Shown here: positions 1 through 10,134 of the stretch, piece after piece | How positions within the stretch are numbered: the first letter of the stretch is position 1 | Layout: the number at the start of each line of letters is the position of its first letter | From: Bacilli bacterium | GTDB taxonomy: Bacteria; Bacillota_I; Bacilli_A; ML615J-28; CAG-313 | Direction of reading: 5' to 3' | DNA: 64,000 bases | NCBI GenBank assembly: GCA_017409905.1 | Contig: JAFQRV010000008.1 | Span: 6,179-70,178 of the forward strand | The notes under the pieces: generated by a model | Told to the model about the DNA's origin: nothing | Database searches by the model: none | The model's input: the letters and a program-made list of their open reading frames with translations, nothing else | Position numbers and translations under genes: made by a program

Positions 1-2
1 AA

Positions 3-98
3 ATTTTGATTTCCGGTTATTTTAAACCTCGGTGTTTTAACGTGCACAACCACGATATGCTTACAAACATTCAAACATTCCGTCGAAACCAATACTAG
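3..98 (+). CDS. 3' end of an unidentified CDS entering from upstream of the window (last 31 codons ILISGYFKPRCFNVHNHDMLTNIQTFRRNQY*)
   Basis: Frame 3 is the only frame open from the window edge, ending at TAG 96-98. The stretch is locally GC-richer than the spacer and is followed 8 nt later by a hairpin plus T-run. No homology recognised. Confidence 0.3.
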   Translation: MLISGYFKPRCFNVHNHDMLTNIQTFRRNQY

Positions 99-105
99 CC
101 CATAT

Positions 106-150
106 AAAGAGTTTAAAAAACTCATAGTTTTTTAACTCTTTTTATTTATT
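106..150. terminator. Intrinsic terminator hairpin (serves the + strand partial CDS; also lies just past the degV stop)
   Basis: AAAGAGTTTAAAAAACT-CAT-AGTTTTTTAACTCTTT forms a 16-17 bp stem with one bulge (106-141). It is followed on the + strand by TTTATTTATT. Confidence 0.6.
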
Positions 151-1014
151 CATAATATAAAGTATACCTGTTGTGTTTCTACCACAGTGACTAGAAATTA
201 CACAACCTGCTTTAGTATTATATACATTTTCGATTCTATCTATTACACCAGATATTTTTTCTTCAATATATTTTGCGTATGGATCGCCTTCAGAATGAGT
301 AATAAATACAACTGATTTATCAATGTTTTCAAAGTTTGTTAAAAATTCATCAATCATAATATTTAATGCTTTTTTGAAAGAACCAATTGATTTCTTCCAT
401 ACATTAAGTTTTCCTGCTTGAACCTTTAACATTGGCTTTATTGATAATAATGTTCCAAAGAATTTTGCTGAATTAGAACATCTTCCACCTTTATGGATGT
501 AATCTAAATTTTCAACACAAAATTGAGCACGTACTCTAGGAGCAACATCTTCACCAATTTCCACAATTTCTTTTGCAGTTTTACCTTGATCTCTTGCTTC
601 ACACATTTTAATTAATGTCAAACTAATTCCAGTAGATAAATTCATACTATCAACTAAATGAATTCGTCCTTCATATTCGGGATGTTTATCATAGACTAAA
701 TCACGAACAATGTGTGTGTTTTGAAAAGTACAAGATAATCCTCCACCAATACCAGCATATACAATTTCTTTGTCTTCTTTTAAAAACTTCATAAAGAAAT
801 CATAAATGTCTTGAATAGAAGCAGCAGCAGTTTTTGGATGAGCTTTAACAGCTTCTGCTTTTTCATACATTTCTTTTGCTTTTAATTCTGCACCATCTTT
901 ATATGTTTTATTATTAATAGTTACATAAAGTGGTACATAATGAATATCATACTTATCTAATAATTCCTGCGATAAGTCACAAGTTGAATCTGTTAATATA
1001 GCGATTTTATGCAT
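142..1014 (-). CDS. DegV family fatty-acid-binding protein (FakB-like)
   Basis: 290-aa ORF. The N-terminus MHKIAILTDSTCDL and the overall length are typical of DegV. Its start overlaps the stop of the upstream TetR gene by 8 nt. Confidence 0.85.
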   Translation of the reverse strand: MHKIAILTDSTCDLSQELLDKYDIHYVPLYVTINNKTYKDGAELKAKEMYEKAEAVKAHPKTAAASIQDIYDFFMKFLKEDKEIVYAGIGGGLSCTFQNTHIVRDLVYDKHPEYEGRIHLVDSMNLSTGISLTLIKMCEARDQGKTAKEIVEIGEDVAPRVRAQFCVENLDYIHKGGRCSNSAKFFGTLLSIKPMLKVQAGKLNVWKKSIGSFKKALNIMIDEFLTNFENIDKSVVFITHSEGDPYAKYIEEKISGVIDRIENVYNTKAGCVISSHCGRNTTGILYIMNK

Positions 1015-1624
1015 TATTTAATTCCTCATTTCTGATTATTCCATATTTGATTAAATCAAACTTTTTTTGTAATGATGCTAAAGCATCATTAATATCAACA
1101 TCTTTAAGATAATATATTATTACTTCATGATAAACAATACTAAGTAAAATTCTAAGTACTTCTTCTTTTTCTTCTAAAGTATTCATTGAATATTCTTCAA
1201 ATCCTTTAAATTTACGAAAACTTTGTAATTCACCATTATTTATTATTTCTTCTAATAATTCAGCCTCACCATTATACCCTATATTATAAAATAAGTCAAT
1301 AATGAAGTTTTGTTTTTGATTATTTTTAAAATTTGATAAAAAGATAAATAAAGAAATAAAAATTTCAAATAAATTTAATCTTTTATCTTGGTTATAAACA
1401 TAGTTATCTAAAAAATCTTTTTTTATTAGTTTAATAATATATTCGTAAATATCTTCTTTTGAAGTAAAGTAATAATAAAATGCTGTTCTTGTAATACCTA
1501 AATTTTGGGATATTTCATTAATTGAAACCAAATGATAAGGTTTATCACAAAAAGTTTTAAAAGCCGCATCTATTAGCAATTGTTTTTTACTATCTGGAAG
1601 ATTAATAAAAACTTCTGTTGGCAT
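1007..1624 (-). CDS. TetR/AcrR family transcriptional regulator
   Basis: 205 aa. N-terminal HTH VSINEISQNLGITRTAFYYYFTSKEDIY is a classic TetR_N signature. Co-oriented with and overlapping degV. Confidence 0.85.
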   Translation of the reverse strand: MPTEVFINLPDSKKQLLIDAAFKTFCDKPYHLVSINEISQNLGITRTAFYYYFTSKEDIYEYIIKLIKKDFLDNYVYNQDKRLNLFEIFISLFIFLSNFKNNQKQNFIIDLFYNIGYNGEAELLEEIINNGELQSFRKFKGFEEYSMNTLEEKEEVLRILLSIVYHEVIIYYLKDVDINDALASLQKKFDLIKYGIIRNEELNNA

Positions 1625-1688
1625 TTTATCACCTCTAATTATATTATATTAGACAGTGTGTCAAAAGTCAAATAAAGTAATAAAATAC

Positions 1689-2858
1689 TTAATTTCTAGA
1701 TTCTTTATGCAAAATACATTCAGTCTTATCAATTATAAAATTTAATACATTCTTTAATAAACCATAAATTAAATCGAAAAGTTTATATAATATTTTTTGA
1801 AGTAAAACTTTATAAATAAAGGCAATTATGTAACTTGCGATAAATAACAATAAAGCATATAATAAACACCATAATAATACTAAGTTATATCCTAATTTAT
1901 TATATATGAATTGCCATACAACAGGGCGATAGAAATCTCTAAAGATTAAATTTTCATGGATGATATAAATTAACATCGAAAAACTAGCTAAGTAATTTAT
2001 TATATTACTATGCAATTGTTTATTTCGATAGATATTAATTGCTGAAAAAGCAATGATATAAATAAAAACATTAAAGTTGTTTAACCAATTAGTTAAGGGA
2101 ATAAATTTATCAATATTTGATAGTGATATTATATTAGCTCCTAAAATTAATAAAAATTGAATAAGAATATTACTAATTAAAATAATTCGGTTTAATTTAA
2201 TATTATTACAAATATCTATACAGTAAATTTTAAAAAAACCAATAATAAAATATACTGATATCCAAAGAATCAGTTCATTTGCAAATGGAAAACTTCTTTT
2301 AAAAGGTAAAACTATATAACAAATAAATAAAACAATGGAAATAATTAAATGTTGTCTTTTATTAATGTTTTTAATAATTATATTTAAAAATGGAAATATT
2401 AAACTAAGTACAATATAATAAGTTAAAAACCAGTTATTAAAATGATATGTAGGCATTAAAGATTGTTTAATGTAATCTTTCGTTAAATTAATATCTGTAA
2501 AACAAATGGTAACTAATAACCAAACTACTGATATAAACCATATCTCACAAACCATTCTAAAGATTTTTTGTCCATTTGTTTTTTCTTTGTCTAAAAGAAA
2601 CCAAATAGAACTAATTAAAAAAATGGCATTTCCTAGAATACCAGAATAGGTAAGCATTCCTAAAATAAAATGTTGAATATTTTTTGTTGGTAATGCGATA
2701 TTTAGAAAATAATCATTATATCCTATTAATTGTAGTTTATCACTTCCAAGTGTAGATACAACATGACAAATTACAATTAAAAATATTCCGATAAATTTTA
2801 AAAGTTCTAAACCAGTTGCTCTATTACTTTTTTTAATACTTAAACACTCATTTTTCAT
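1689..2858 (-). CDS. Acyltransferase family 3 integral membrane protein
   Basis: Polytopic ORF with an N-terminal LELLKFIGIFLIVICHV motif (acyltransferase_3). I prefer ATG 2858 (GGAAGG RBS 7 nt upstream) over the TTG at 2909 used in the ORF track. Confidence 0.7.
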   Translation of the reverse strand: MKNECLSIKKSNRATGLELLKFIGIFLIVICHVVSTLGSDKLQLIGYNDYFLNIALPTKNIQHFILGMLTYSGILGNAIFLISSIWFLLDKEKTNGQKIFRMVCEIWFISVVWLLVTICFTDINLTKDYIKQSLMPTYHFNNWFLTYYIVLSLIFPFLNIIIKNINKRQHLIISIVLFICYIVLPFKRSFPFANELILWISVYFIIGFFKIYCIDICNNIKLNRIILISNILIQFLLILGANIISLSNIDKFIPLTNWLNNFNVFIYIIAFSAINIYRNKQLHSNIINYLASFSMLIYIIHENLIFRDFYRPVVWQFIYNKLGYNLVLLWCLLYALLLFIASYIIAFIYKVLLQKILYKLFDLIYGLLKNVLNFIIDKTECILHKESRN

Positions 2859-2977
2859 AAAAATACCTTCCAATGTATCTATTATATAATATTTATTTAA
2901 TTTAGACAAATTATTTCCTATTTGTTTATTTGTTATTTTTTATGTTTTATGATAAAATACAAAAAGAGGTGATATCC

Positions 2978-5224
2978 ATGAGTGAATTATTAGCTCCTGC
3001 TGGTAATCTAGATGCTTTTTATGCCGCCATAAGTAATGGTGCAGATGCTATCTATGTTGGACTAAATTCTTTTAGTGCCAGAGCATATGCGAATAACTTT
3101 GATTTAGACGATTTAAAGTTAATTACTGATTATGCTCATTTACGATTTGTGAAAATCTATGTTGCGATGAACACTATTTTATTTGATCACGAATTAAATA
3201 TGGCATTTAAAACTGTCGATGAATTAGCTAAAATTGGTATTGATGCTATCATCGTTCAAGATTTAGCATTACTTCATTATATTACAAATAATTATTCTTC
3301 AATAGAAGCTCATATATCAACACAATTTGGTATTGATGATTTAGATGGTATTAAGTTTGTAGAATCTCTTGGTGCGAAAAGAGTAGTTCTTGCGCGCGAG
3401 GTAAATATTGAAAAAATTAAAGAATTTAAAAAGCAAACTAAAATATCATTCGAAACATTTATTCATGGTGCACTATGTGTATCATATTCAGGGAACTGTT
3501 TTATGAGCGGTTTACTAGGCATGCGAAGTGGTAATAGAGGTCGCTGTGTTGGATGTTGTAGAAAAGTTTATACATTAAAAGATGTTACTAACAATATTAC
3601 ATATCCTGCAAGTTATCTGCTTAGTATGAAAGACTTAAATGTCAGTGAAGATATTAAAAAACTAAAAGTCGTTGATTCATTTAAAATCGAAGGAAGAATG
3701 AAAGAAGCTAGTTATGTTGCGGGTATTGTTAAATACTACCGAAGTTTACTTGATAATCAAAAAGTAAATAATAAACATATTTATAAAAACTTCCAAAGAA
3801 CTTTTACTAAAGGTTATATTTTTGGAACTGATCCAAAAGATATTACAAATACGATTAAACCAAATAACTTTGGTTATTTAATTGGTAAAGTAACTAAAAT
3901 TAATGGTAAAAGAGTAACTATTAAATTAACTGATAGTGTTACCCAAAATGATCAAATCCGTATTGAAACTAATAAGATTGGTGAAGAAGTATCAATTCCA
4001 TTAATTAAAATCTATGATAACTCTGGTAAATTAATTAATGAATCTAATAGTTTTATTAATATTGATATTAAAGAAAAAGTTAAAGTTGGAGATTTAGTTT
4101 ATAAAACTAAAGATATTAAATACTTAAATGAAATTAATAAATCATATCCAAAAGAATACCAAAGATTTGGTATAGATATGATTGTTCAAGGAAGTATTGG
4201 AACCCGTTTAAAACTATATGTTAAATTTTTAGAACATAGTGTAAGTGTTGAAAGTGATTATATTATTGAAACTGCTAAAACAAAAGGCATAAGTGACGAT
4301 AACTTTAAAGAATTACTTTCTAAACTTAATGATACTCCATATTTCTTAGAAAACATTTATATTGATTTTGATAACAATGGTTTTGTTCCTTTAAAAGTTA
4401 TCAGTAGTTTAAAAAGAGATGCCATCAATAAACTAAATGAAGATAGACTTAAACATTTTGTAAAAACTAAAAAAGCAAAAGAAATAAATGTACCTTTTTT
4501 TGATAAACCTACTCCAAAACTTACAATTCAAGTTTCAAATGAAGCACAATATAATGCTGTTGAATCAATAGGAATTAAAGATATCTATTATGATAATATT
4601 GTTCCAAGAAATAATGTTTCTTATCGTAATATGTATGGCAATCTATTAGTTGGGGGAGTAAATGGTATTCAACACTATAAAGATACCAATACAATAACAA
4701 CTGATTATTCTTTAAATGTTGTTAATTCAAAAAGTGTCGCAATCCTACATAGTTTAGGAGTTGATACAGTAACCCTTTCTTATGAGGTTAGCAAGAATAA
4801 TATTCAAGATATTATCAATAATTATCTAAATAACTATCAAACTTATCCACAATTAGAATTAATAGCCTATGGCAGACTTAATTTAATGGTTACTAAATAT
4901 TGCCCATTAAGAAAATTAAATATGTGTGGCAATTGTAAAAAGAATCAATATGTTTTAAACGATGATATTGCATCATTCCCACTTAAATTTAATGATGATT
5001 GTACTATTACAATTCTTAACAGTAAAACTCTAAATCTAATTGATGATTTACAAGACCTTAATGATATTGCTTCTTTTAGATTAGTCTTTACTACTGAATC
5101 ACCATCAGAAGTTATAAAAATCATTAGAATGTATTTAGATAAACTTAATAATTTAAAAGCTAATACGAAATACTTTGATTCTAATACTAATACTAGAGGA
5201 CATTTCAATAGAGAAATACAATAA
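2978..5224 (+). CDS. Peptidase U32 family protein (long, two-module form; TrhP/YrrN-YrrO-like)
   Basis: U32 signature ETFIHGALCVSYSGNC and N-terminal ELLAPAGNLDAFYAAISNGADAIYVG. ATG 2978 is preceded by AAAGAGGTGA; the ORF-track start at 2930 is an upstream extension. Confidence 0.85.
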   Translation: MSELLAPAGNLDAFYAAISNGADAIYVGLNSFSARAYANNFDLDDLKLITDYAHLRFVKIYVAMNTILFDHELNMAFKTVDELAKIGIDAIIVQDLALLHYITNNYSSIEAHISTQFGIDDLDGIKFVESLGAKRVVLAREVNIEKIKEFKKQTKISFETFIHGALCVSYSGNCFMSGLLGMRSGNRGRCVGCCRKVYTLKDVTNNITYPASYLLSMKDLNVSEDIKKLKVVDSFKIEGRMKEASYVAGIVKYYRSLLDNQKVNNKHIYKNFQRTFTKGYIFGTDPKDITNTIKPNNFGYLIGKVTKINGKRVTIKLTDSVTQNDQIRIETNKIGEEVSIPLIKIYDNSGKLINESNSFINIDIKEKVKVGDLVYKTKDIKYLNEINKSYPKEYQRFGIDMIVQGSIGTRLKLYVKFLEHSVSVESDYIIETAKTKGISDDNFKELLSKLNDTPYFLENIYIDFDNNGFVPLKVISSLKRDAINKLNEDRLKHFVKTKKAKEINVPFFDKPTPKLTIQVSNEAQYNAVESIGIKDIYYDNIVPRNNVSYRNMYGNLLVGGVNGIQHYKDTNTITTDYSLNVVNSKSVAILHSLGVDTVTLSYEVSKNNIQDIINNYLNNYQTYPQLELIAYGRLNLMVTKYCPLRKLNMCGNCKKNQYVLNDDIASFPLKFNDDCTITILNSKTLNLIDDLQDLNDIASFRLVFTTESPSEVIKIIRMYLDKLNNLKANTKYFDSNTNTRGHFNREIQ

Positions 5225-5256
5225 AAAGAGACCCTTTTAGAGTCTCTTTTATTTTA
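5223..5256. terminator. Bidirectional terminator between convergent U32 gene and rnc
   Basis: AAAAGAGAC-N9-GTCTCTTTT hairpin (5224-5232 / 5242-5250), flanked by an A-run and a T-run. Confidence 0.7.
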
Positions 5257-5926
5257 CCATTTTTTCTAATGCTTTTTTTGCCGCTAATTGCTCAGCATCT
5301 TTTTTTGATTTTCCGACACCTTCACCAAGTTTAATACCATCTAATACAACACTTATAGTAAATGTACGATTATGAGGAGGACCTACAATATTATCAACCC
5401 GGTAAGTTAGTGCTTGTCTAGTTTCTGCTTGAATATATTCTTGTAAACGACTTTTGTAATCAACAAAAGGTTTTACAATATCTTTCCCAATGTGTGGGAA
5501 TACTACATCGATTAATATTTCTTTAACCTTATCTAGACCATTAGTTAAATAGATTGCTCCAAGAAATGCTTCAAATGCATCATTTAAAACAGCTGCTCTT
5601 GTTCTTCCTCCGCCTAGTTCTTCACCATGGCCAAGTCTTAAAACTTCACTAATTCCTAGTTTTTGAGCATAAATATAGTTTGCATCTTCACAAACATAAG
5701 TTGCACGAAGTTTTGTCATTTTTCCTTCTGGTAAAGTTGGAAATTCATTATAAATAAATTCTGTTACTAAAACACTTAATACTGCATCGCCTAAAAACTC
5801 TAATCGTTCATTACTTTTCGTATTGTGTTCATTAGCATATGATGAATGAGTTAAAGCTTCTTCAATAACTGCAATTTGATCTTTTTTAATATTATACTTA
5901 TCAAGTAAATTATCTAATTTATTCAA
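5249..5926 (-). CDS. rnc: Ribonuclease III
   Basis: 225 aa. RNase III signature ERLEFLGDAVL and a C-terminal dsRBD (GxGKSKKDAEQLAAKKAL). Confidence 0.95.
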   Translation of the reverse strand: MNKLDNLLDKYNIKKDQIAVIEEALTHSSYANEHNTKSNERLEFLGDAVLSVLVTEFIYNEFPTLPEGKMTKLRATYVCEDANYIYAQKLGISEVLRLGHGEELGGGRTRAAVLNDAFEAFLGAIYLTNGLDKVKEILIDVVFPHIGKDIVKPFVDYKSRLQEYIQAETRQALTYRVDNIVGPPHNRTFTISVVLDGIKLGEGVGKSKKDAEQLAAKKALEKMVK

Positions 5927-5941
5927 AAAGCTTCCCTCCTT

Positions 5942-7975
5942 TTAGTCTACTTTTTCCATTTTTAATAAATAATTATTATGAGCATACTCATATAGTTTTT
6001 GATATTCTGAATTATTAAAGAATTCCTCTTTATTAATAATTTCTTCAGAATCTTGATTAGCAAGTAATAATAATTCATTATCAACTTTTAAATCAGCATA
6101 TTTAAAGTTCATTGAACCACTTTGTTTTTCTCCAAAGAATTCTCCAGGGCCTCTATTAATTAAATCATATTCGGCAAGTTCAAAACCATCAGTTGTATAT
6201 TCTAACATTTTTAAACGTTTTTCACTAGCTTCAGTTTTATGTTCCGCAAGTAAGAAACAATATGGTTGTTCATCACTACGCATTACACGTCCTCTTAATT
6301 GATGAAGGGTTGCAACTCCAAATCTTTCTGCACCAAGGATTAAAATAGTTGTAGCATTAACAACGTTAACACCTACTTCAATTACGGAAGTTGCGACTAA
6401 AATATCAATCTTCTTTTCTAGGAAGTCTTGCATAACTTGTTCTTTTTCATAACTTGGGAGTCTACCATGAACTAAACCTACTGTTGCTTGGTCCTTGAAA
6501 TATTTTACCATATTATTATATATTTCTGTTGCATTTGCGGTATCTAGAGATTCTGATTCATTAATTAAAGGAGTTACAACATAAATTTGATGTTTCTTTT
6601 TAAGTTCTTCTTTAATATGTTTCATTACTTTTGCTTTATTCTTATTATCAACATATTCAGTAATAACTGGTTTTCTGTTTTTTGGCATTTCTTTAATAAT
6701 TGATATATCCATATCACCATAAGCTGATATTGATAAAGTTCTAGGAATTGGTGTTGCACTCATTTTTAAGTAGTTAACATCTTCACCTTTATTTCTAATT
6801 AAAACTCTTTGTCTTACACCGAAACGATGTTCTTCATCAGCGATAACTATTCCTAGCTTTTCATATTCAACATCTTTTTGGAATAATGCATGAGTTCCAA
6901 TGATTATTTGAATTTTGCCATTTTTTAAATCAGTTACGATTTCTTTTTTTACTTTTGCGGTTGTTGATCCAGTAAGTAATGCAATATTTAAATTATATGG
7001 TTCTAAGATACTTCTAAGCGTTTCAAAATGTTGGCGAGATAGAATTTCGGTTGGACACATTAGAGCTGCTTGGAAACCACCACTAACAACAGCTAAAATT
7101 GCCATTACCGCAACGATCGTTTTACCACTACCAACTTCCCCTTGTAATAATCTATTCATAACATATGGGGCTTTTAAATCATTTAAAATATCATTTATAA
7201 CTTTTTCTTGATCACTTGTTAAATCATAGGGTAATCTTGATTTTAAATCATCAAGTAAAGATTGATCGTAATTAATTGGTGTTGAAGTATGATTTTGTTC
7301 CCTTTTTAAATGTAAGTATTTCATCGATACTTGATATTTTAAAAGTTCTTCATATTTTAATCTTTTCTTACCGATTTCAACTTCTAACAAACTATTAGGA
7401 TTATGCATATACTGCATTAACAATTTAGATCCTATTAAATTATGTTTTTCTAAATATTCTAAAGGTAAGCTTTCTTCAACTAAATCATTATATCTTCTTA
7501 AAGTTTTATCAACAATCTCAATATATTTTGCCTCACTTATATCTTTTGTTTTATAAATTGGGACAATTTCTTTATCAATTTCATCACAAAAAATTAATTC
7601 GGAAATAGTAAAGTTATTCATTGTTTTAATAAATCTACCACTTGCTCTAATTACTGTACCATAATCTAACTTAGTCTTTAAAAATGTTCTATTAAAGATT
7701 GTAGCTCTGATTATTTGACCTTCAACTTCTAATAAGAAGTTTAATGCTGATAATTTAGCTTTAAGATATGTAACAGTTACTTTACTTTGAATACTTCCTT
7801 CTAAGACAATTTGTTCATCTAATTTAGCATCTTTAATACTACTTACTTTAAAGTTTTCATATCTAGATGGATATTCATAAAGTAATTGATCAACTGTTTC
7901 AATTCCTTGTTTTTTTAAAATATTACGATATCTTGATAATATATATTCTTCATGTTCTAAAAATATCGTTTTCAT
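5942..7975 (-). CDS. recG: ATP-dependent DNA helicase RecG
   Basis: Helicase motifs GEVGSGKT, DEEHRFG, MSATPIPRT and QLRGRV, with an N-terminal wedge/OB region. ATG 7975 has a GAGGG RBS 5 nt upstream; 7987 is the alternative start. Confidence 0.95.
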   Translation of the reverse strand: MKTIFLEHEEYILSRYRNILKKQGIETVDQLLYEYPSRYENFKVSSIKDAKLDEQIVLEGSIQSKVTVTYLKAKLSALNFLLEVEGQIIRATIFNRTFLKTKLDYGTVIRASGRFIKTMNNFTISELIFCDEIDKEIVPIYKTKDISEAKYIEIVDKTLRRYNDLVEESLPLEYLEKHNLIGSKLLMQYMHNPNSLLEVEIGKKRLKYEELLKYQVSMKYLHLKREQNHTSTPINYDQSLLDDLKSRLPYDLTSDQEKVINDILNDLKAPYVMNRLLQGEVGSGKTIVAVMAILAVVSGGFQAALMCPTEILSRQHFETLRSILEPYNLNIALLTGSTTAKVKKEIVTDLKNGKIQIIIGTHALFQKDVEYEKLGIVIADEEHRFGVRQRVLIRNKGEDVNYLKMSATPIPRTLSISAYGDMDISIIKEMPKNRKPVITEYVDNKNKAKVMKHIKEELKKKHQIYVVTPLINESESLDTANATEIYNNMVKYFKDQATVGLVHGRLPSYEKEQVMQDFLEKKIDILVATSVIEVGVNVVNATTILILGAERFGVATLHQLRGRVMRSDEQPYCFLLAEHKTEASEKRLKMLEYTTDGFELAEYDLINRGPGEFFGEKQSGSMNFKYADLKVDNELLLLANQDSEEIINKEEFFNNSEYQKLYEYAHNNYLLKMEKVD

Positions 7976-7993
7976 ATTATCCCTCATAAATAT

Positions 7994-8025
7994 AAAGTGA
8001 AGTAAACAAATGTTTCCTTCACTTT
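7994..8025 (-). terminator. Hairpin between yloV and recG (weak terminator or processing site)
   Basis: AAAGTGAAG-N14-CTTCACTTT gives a 9-bp stem. The trailing sequence on the - strand is only moderately U-rich (AUAUUUAUGA). Confidence 0.4.
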
Positions 8026-8032
8026 TATTTTT

Positions 8033-9706
8033 CTATTCTAATGATAAAATATAACTATAAACTTCTTGTTGTCCATCAACTACATCTGTTTCAATATCTG
8101 GATAGTTTTCACTAATAAATGCAAGAATTTCTTCTGTTTCATTAGGAAGAGCATCAACACCAGTAATAACAGCTATAATGTATTTTTCTGATAAGTCAGT
8201 TCCAGTTAACATCTTTTTAACAGTTTCTACTTTATTATTTGTTGAAGCAACCATTCTTCCATTGATAATACCAATGTAATCATCTTTTTTAATTTCAATT
8301 CCATCAATAGAAGCATCTCTAATTGAGTAAGTTACAAGTCCTGTTGTAACATTAGTAATTACTTCTTGAATTGATTCTTTAATTTGTTCTAAGTCATCAC
8401 TTGAGAAATCTAAAATAGTAAGTGCTGAATATCCTTGAGCAATTGATTTAGTTTTAATTACAACAATATTAGCTTTATCATAGTATTTACCAGCTTGTTC
8501 TGCAGCCATAATAATATTACTATTATTTGGGAATACAATGATATTTTCCGCATTAATTGAATCAAAGGCTGTAACAAAGTCTTCTGCAGATGGATTCATT
8601 GTTTGACCACCTGATACAACATAATCAACACCCATTGATTTAAAAATACTTACTAGTCCAGCCCCTGATGCAACCGCAACAACGGCGTATTTTTTTCTTT
8701 CTTGTTTTGCACGCATTTCAACACATTGTTCACAATCACATTGTTCTTGGATTTCTAAAGATTCATTGTGTTGAACTGACATGTTTTCAACCTTCATAGT
8801 AATAAATTCACCATATTTTTGTCCAATGTTTAATACAACACCTGGAGTTTTTGTATGAACGTGAACTTTAACGATATCTTCATCTTTGAAACAAACAATA
8901 GAGTCACCTAATTGTTCTAATTGACTTGTAATTGTTGATTCATCAAAACTTGCGATATCTACTTTACTATGTTGTAATTGTAAAATAAATTCTGTACAAT
9001 AACCATATGTTAATTCGCTGTGGGCATTAAATGAACCACGGCTAACTGTAGATGTTACTACACTTTCAGCTTCTGTATGTTCTAAGATTTCACCATTGAT
9101 TGCTTTTTGCATACCTTCAATTATTTTAATAAAACCTGCAGCACCACTATCAACAACACCTGCATCTTTTAATTGTGGTAAAAGATCTGGAGTTCTTTCA
9201 AGTGAAGCATAAGCTTCAGTTAAGAATAATTCAAAGAATTCATCAATTGTTGATTTTTTGGAAACTTTCTTTAATGCATATTCACTAGCTTCTCTACATA
9301 CTGTAAGAATTGTTCCTTCAACTGGTTTCATAACTGCTTTATAAGCTTGTTCTACACCACGTTTGAAAGCTTTTGCGAATTCTTTTGCACCTACTTCTTC
9401 AAAGCCATCTAAGCCTTTATAAATACCTCTAAAAAATTGTGATAGAATAACACCTGAATTACCACGGGCACCCATCAACATTCCACGAGAGAATTTTTTA
9501 GCCATTGCATAAATCGATGTTTCAACTTCATTTTCTAAAGCAGCAACACCTGCTTCAATTGTCATAGACATATTAGTACCTGTATCACCATCTGGAACTG
9601 GGAATACATTTAATTGGTCGATAAGTTTGTAGTTGTTTCGTAAAGAGACAGCACCATTCTTTACAATTATTTTGTATAATTCACCATTAACTTTAATTGT
9701 ACTCAT
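8033..9706 (-). CDS. yloV: DAK2 domain-containing protein (YloV family)
   Basis: 557 aa. The N-terminal Dak2 pattern LNVFPVPDGDTGTNM and the conserved position next to recG and rpmB are typical of Bacillota. Confidence 0.9.
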   Translation of the reverse strand: MSTIKVNGELYKIIVKNGAVSLRNNYKLIDQLNVFPVPDGDTGTNMSMTIEAGVAALENEVETSIYAMAKKFSRGMLMGARGNSGVILSQFFRGIYKGLDGFEEVGAKEFAKAFKRGVEQAYKAVMKPVEGTILTVCREASEYALKKVSKKSTIDEFFELFLTEAYASLERTPDLLPQLKDAGVVDSGAAGFIKIIEGMQKAINGEILEHTEAESVVTSTVSRGSFNAHSELTYGYCTEFILQLQHSKVDIASFDESTITSQLEQLGDSIVCFKDEDIVKVHVHTKTPGVVLNIGQKYGEFITMKVENMSVQHNESLEIQEQCDCEQCVEMRAKQERKKYAVVAVASGAGLVSIFKSMGVDYVVSGGQTMNPSAEDFVTAFDSINAENIIVFPNNSNIIMAAEQAGKYYDKANIVVIKTKSIAQGYSALTILDFSSDDLEQIKESIQEVITNVTTGLVTYSIRDASIDGIEIKKDDYIGIINGRMVASTNNKVETVKKMLTGTDLSEKYIIAVITGVDALPNETEEILAFISENYPDIETDVVDGQQEVYSYILSLE

Positions 9707-9732
9707 TAGTTTATCCTCCTAAACTTCATATT

Positions 9733-9761
9733 AATATACCATAATTTCTTAAAAATTGCAA
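9733..9761 (-). promoter_or_regulatory. Sigma-A type promoter for the yloV-recG-rnc operon
   Basis: On the - strand: TTGCAA, a 17-nt spacer, then TATATT preceded by TGG (extended -10). It lies about 27 nt upstream of the AGGAGG RBS and ATG 9706. Confidence 0.6.
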
Positions 9762-9831
9762 GTGATATATAATTTAGGGGTATGATAGTTCTATTTTTAA
9801 AAAACTTTTTTGAAATATTTTTCTTATTCTC

Positions 9832-9860
9832 TTGCAAACTTAATAAATTTGTGATATAAT
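9832..9860 (+). promoter_or_regulatory. Sigma-A type promoter for rpmB
   Basis: TTGCAA (9832-9837), a 17-nt spacer, then TATAAT (9855-9860). The RBS AAGGAGG lies upstream of ATG 9899. Confidence 0.65.
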
Positions 9861-9898
9861 ATTGTAGATTTTTAAGAGTATCTCAAGGAGGAAGTATT

Positions 9899-10090
9899 AT
9901 GGCTCGTAAATGTTATGTAACAGGTTTAGGTTCAACTGCAGGTAATAATCGTTCTCACTCTTTACAAGCAACTCGTCGTACTTTCAAAGCTAACTTACAA
10001 AAAGTTCGTATTGTTGATGAAAAAGGTCATGTAAAAAGAGTATATGTATCAACTAGAGCATTACGTTCTGGTTTAGTTACAAGAGCATAA
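9899..10090 (+). CDS. rpmB: 50S ribosomal protein L28
   Basis: 63 aa, MARKCYVTG...[22 protein letters not shown]; an unmistakable L28 sequence. Confidence 0.97.
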   Translation: MARKCYVTGLGSTAGNNRSHSLQATRRTFKANLQKVRIVDEKGHVKRVYVSTRALRSGLVTRA

Positions 10091-10107
10091 ACCAAAAAAA
10101 TAAAAAT

Positions 10108-10134
10108 ACAAGACAGATGTCTTGTTTTTTTTTA
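10108..10134 (+). terminator. rpmB intrinsic terminator
   Basis: ACAAGAC-AGAT-GTCTTGT perfect 7-bp stem followed by T10. Confidence 0.8.

Noticed and set aside
1-105. A GC-richer stretch at the window start, considered as the 3' end of a structured RNA (tmRNA, RNase P, 6S, T-box).
   Set aside because: I could find no recognisable conserved RNA motif. One frame is open from the window edge to TAG 96-98 and is followed by a terminator, so a truncated CDS is the simpler reading (kept as a low-confidence feature).
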